Source: a virus. From it: a DNA stretch of 16,119 bases. This document shows, in pieces, positions 14,623 through 16,119 of this stretch (within the stretch, counting starts at the first letter, position 1; each line of letters begins with the position of its first letter). Where the stretch lies: UHGV virus genome UHGV-1638998. One strand, written 5' to 3'. The position numbers and the translations under genes are program-made. A model generated the notes under the pieces. That model was not told where the DNA came from and did no database searches. It saw only the letters and a list, made by a program, of their open reading frames with translations.

Positions 14623-15873
14623 CTACTGACTTTCCATCCACCTCTCAAACTTCGACGGGGAGAACGGTACCAGATCGGTGTGCTCCCCATTAATCCAGGA
14701 ATCAACCATATCTGCCCACTGCTGCAACATATAGGCTCGCTGCCGGGCATACTCCGCTTTGTTGTAAACCGCGCGTACGCCCTTCTGCTCATGTGCCTGT
14801 GCCTTCTCGATCCAGTCTGATGGATAATCAGCTTCATGCAGCAGCGTGCTTGCCGTACGGCGCAGGTCGTGCACCGTGAAGTCCTGTATCTTCTCGCCGT
14901 CTCTGTTTATGGCCTCCACGGTACGGTTTACCAGCGAGTTCAGCGCCGCGTTCGATAACGGCTTACGGAAGTTGTAGCGCCCGGGCACCAGGTATTCACT
15001 GCCGCCAGCACACATCTGCAACCCCACCAGCAGATCCTGCGCCTGCTTCGGCAGGTAAATCACATGCGCACGCCCGGCCTTCATCCTGTCAGCGGGGATC
15101 GTCCATGTCCATTTCTTGAAATCGATCTCTGCCCAGGTCGCGTAAGTGAATTCGCTTTTTCGCACCAGCGTCAGCAGTACCAGCTTGAGAGCCATCTTCA
15201 TTGTGCCCATCGCTCCGATGTCGTCCAGCGCGCGGAAGAAAATGCCGATCTCCTCTGGCGACAGTGTGCGCTCGCGCGGCTTAAACATAGCGATGGATGA
15301 TGGCTTAATGTCGGCAGCCGGATTGAACAGGCCGTGCCCGCGGTCGTTGGCATACCGGTACACACTGCTGATTATCTCCCTGACCTGAATCGCCCTCGCC
15401 CGGCCGCCACGCTCGACGATACGATCGCACAGGTCGCGCACCACCCTGGTGGTTATCTCAGTCATCATCTTGTTTCCGAGCACCGGGAGGATATCACGCT
15501 CAATAACCGCCTGCTTCATGGATCGGGTGCTGTCGGCCAGGGTGACATATTTCATGTAGGCGTCGGTATATACCGCGAATGTTTCTGCGCTGGAAATCTG
15601 CCTGATACCGTCACGTTTTGCCGCAGCAGGCGACTGGCCTGACTTCAGCAACTTTTTGGCGGCAATAAGTTCCTCGCGCGCTTCCGCCAGGCTGATACCG
15701 TCACGACCGTACTGACCGATCACCAGCGTTTCCCGGCGGCCGTTAATGCGGTAGTCGTAGCGGAACGAGACAGATCCTGACGTGAGCACGGCGACATACA
15801 GCCCGTCACGGTCGGAAACCTTATACAGTTTCTCCTGCGGCTTCAGATTTTTCAGTTTGGTATCGGTAAGCAA
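14623..15873 (-). CDS. int: Tyrosine site-specific integrase, P4-like family
   Basis: 416 aa; N-terminus MLTDTKLKNLKP… is typical of P4-type integrases; C-terminal HDLRRT and a conserved Tyr region (AVYNKAEY). Adjacent to the att core. The listed start is TTG; no in-frame ATG nearby. Confidence 0.9.
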   Translation of the reverse strand: MLTDTKLKNLKPQEKLYKVSDRDGLYVAVLTSGSVSFRYDYRINGRRETLVIGQYGRDGISLAEAREELIAAKKLLKSGQSPAAAKRDGIRQISSAETFAVYTDAYMKYVTLADSTRSMKQAVIERDILPVLGNKMMTEITTRVVRDLCDRIVERGGRARAIQVREIISSVYRYANDRGHGLFNPAADIKPSSIAMFKPRERTLSPEEIGIFFRALDDIGAMGTMKMALKLVLLTLVRKSEFTYATWAEIDFKKWTWTIPADRMKAGRAHVIYLPKQAQDLLVGLQMCAGGSEYLVPGRYNFRKPLSNAALNSLVNRTVEAINRDGEKIQDFTVHDLRRTASTLLHEADYPSDWIEKAQAHEQKGVRAVYNKAEYARQRAYMLQQWADMVDSWINGEHTDLVPFSPSKFERWMESQ

Positions 15874-15915
15874 AATTCACCCGTAATGCATCCATGTTTT
15901 TGTCGGTATGAGAGT

Positions 15916-15930
15916 ATACCTTTCAGGTAA
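15916..15930. promoter_or_regulatory. Operator-like palindrome ATACCTTTCAGGTAA (9/10 match to TTACC-N5-GGTAA) upstream of int
   Basis: Lies between the int start (15873) and the arm-type repeats; 14 of 15 bases identical to the site at 6427..6441. Confidence 0.5.
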
Positions 15931-15950
15931 TACCGTCACCTGTACCGTCG
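15930..15950. promoter_or_regulatory. Putative integrase arm-type sites, right arm (ATACCGTCACC, TGTACCGT)
   Basis: The 11-mer ATACCGTCACC at 15930..15940 is repeated exactly at 149..159 in the attL arm. TACCGT occurs twice on each arm. Confidence 0.45.
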
Positions 15951-15967
15951 AAAAATGTGGCGTAGAG

Positions 15968-15980
15968 TGAATAGATATGA
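15968..15980. repeat. 13-mer TGAATAGATATGA, copy 2 of 3
   Basis: Exact copy; between the attR-side terminator and the arm-type repeats upstream of int. Confidence 0.5.
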
Positions 15981-15989
15981 GTAGTTATA

Positions 15990-16020
15990 AACAAAAACCC
16001 TCTGCGATTACAGAGGGTTA
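15990..16020 (-). terminator. Rho-independent terminator carried on the element side of attR, now downstream of guaA
   Basis: Same 9-bp stem AACCCTCTG/CAGAGGGTT (15996..16004 and 16011..16019) with a different loop (CGATTA); followed on the minus strand by TTTTTGTTT. Confidence 0.65.
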
Positions 16021-16030
16021 GATATTAAAA

Positions 16031-16043
16031 TGAATAGATATGA
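16031..16043. repeat. 13-mer TGAATAGATATGA, copy 3 of 3
   Basis: Exact copy; between the attR core and the attR-side terminator. Confidence 0.5.
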
Positions 16044-16064
16044 TGAGCTATGAGCTAGCTATAC

Positions 16065-16080
16065 ATCATTCCCACTCAAT
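16065..16080. repeat. attR: attR core (ATCATTCCCACTCAAT)
   Basis: Exact 16-bp direct repeat of 62..77; overlaps the last codons and stop of the host guaA-like ORF. Confidence 0.75.
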
Positions 16081-16119
16081 GGTAGCTGGCGGCTTGCCGC
16101 TGATGTCATACACCACGCG
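16066..16119 (-). CDS. guaA: GMP synthase, C-terminal end (partial, continues beyond the window)
   Basis: Minus-strand translation of the window end is RVVYDISGKPPATIEWE followed by TGA. I recall this as the conserved C-terminus of enterobacterial GuaA; no search was run. Confidence 0.7.
   Translation of the reverse strand, partial: RVVYDISGKPPATIEWE

Larger units (their letters stand above)
62..16080. mobile_element. Integrated prophage-like element (defective lambdoid prophage or helper-dependent element) at the guaA 3' end
   Basis: Bounded by an exact 16-bp direct repeat; integrase at the right end; immunity, replication, recombination, tail fiber and lysis genes inside; no capsid, portal or terminase ORFs in the six-frame track. 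Confidence 0.8.

Noticed and set aside
1-16119. CRISPR arrays, tRNA or tmRNA genes, rRNA, IS elements or transposases
   Set aside because: No regularly spaced direct repeats with spacers, no tRNA-like cloverleaf at either att end (integration is into the 3' end of a protein gene), and no transposase-like ORF with terminal inverted repeats.

Overview
The window holds one complete integrated prophage-like element of about 16 kb (62..16080), inserted at the 3' end of a host gene whose C-terminus (…RVVYDISGKPPATIEWE*) I recognise as GMP synthase (guaA), so the host is probably an enterobacterium. It is bounded by a 16-bp direct repeat (ATCATTCCCACTCAAT). All calls are from reading the sequence and ORF track by eye; no database search was run. 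Right to left the element carries: a P4-type tyrosine integrase, an MT-A70 adenine methyltransferase, a PerC-like ORF, an AlpA-like regulator, a single-strand-annealing protein plus PD-(D/E)XK exonuclease, a divergent switch with a dual-HTH repressor and a Cro-like protein, replication genes (an O-position initiator and a lambda-P-like loader), a RuvC-like nuclease with a coupled small membrane protein, a small gene behind a near-consensus LexA box, a large tail fiber with a T7-gp17-like N-terminus and C-terminal chaperone domain, an AT-rich cargo cassette encoding two secreted proteins, and a lysis cassette (holin, membrane protein, GH19 endolysin, Rz/Rz1). No capsid, portal, terminase, tail-shaft or N/Q antiterminator genes are visible, so this is either a defective prophage or a helper-dependent element. 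The most interesting signals are a 15-bp palindrome TTACC-N5-GGTAA recurring at six perfect and three near-perfect intergenic sites across the element, and a probable SOS-controlled antirepressor circuit. The secreted-protein cassette next to the tail fiber is the best candidate for an undescribed function.
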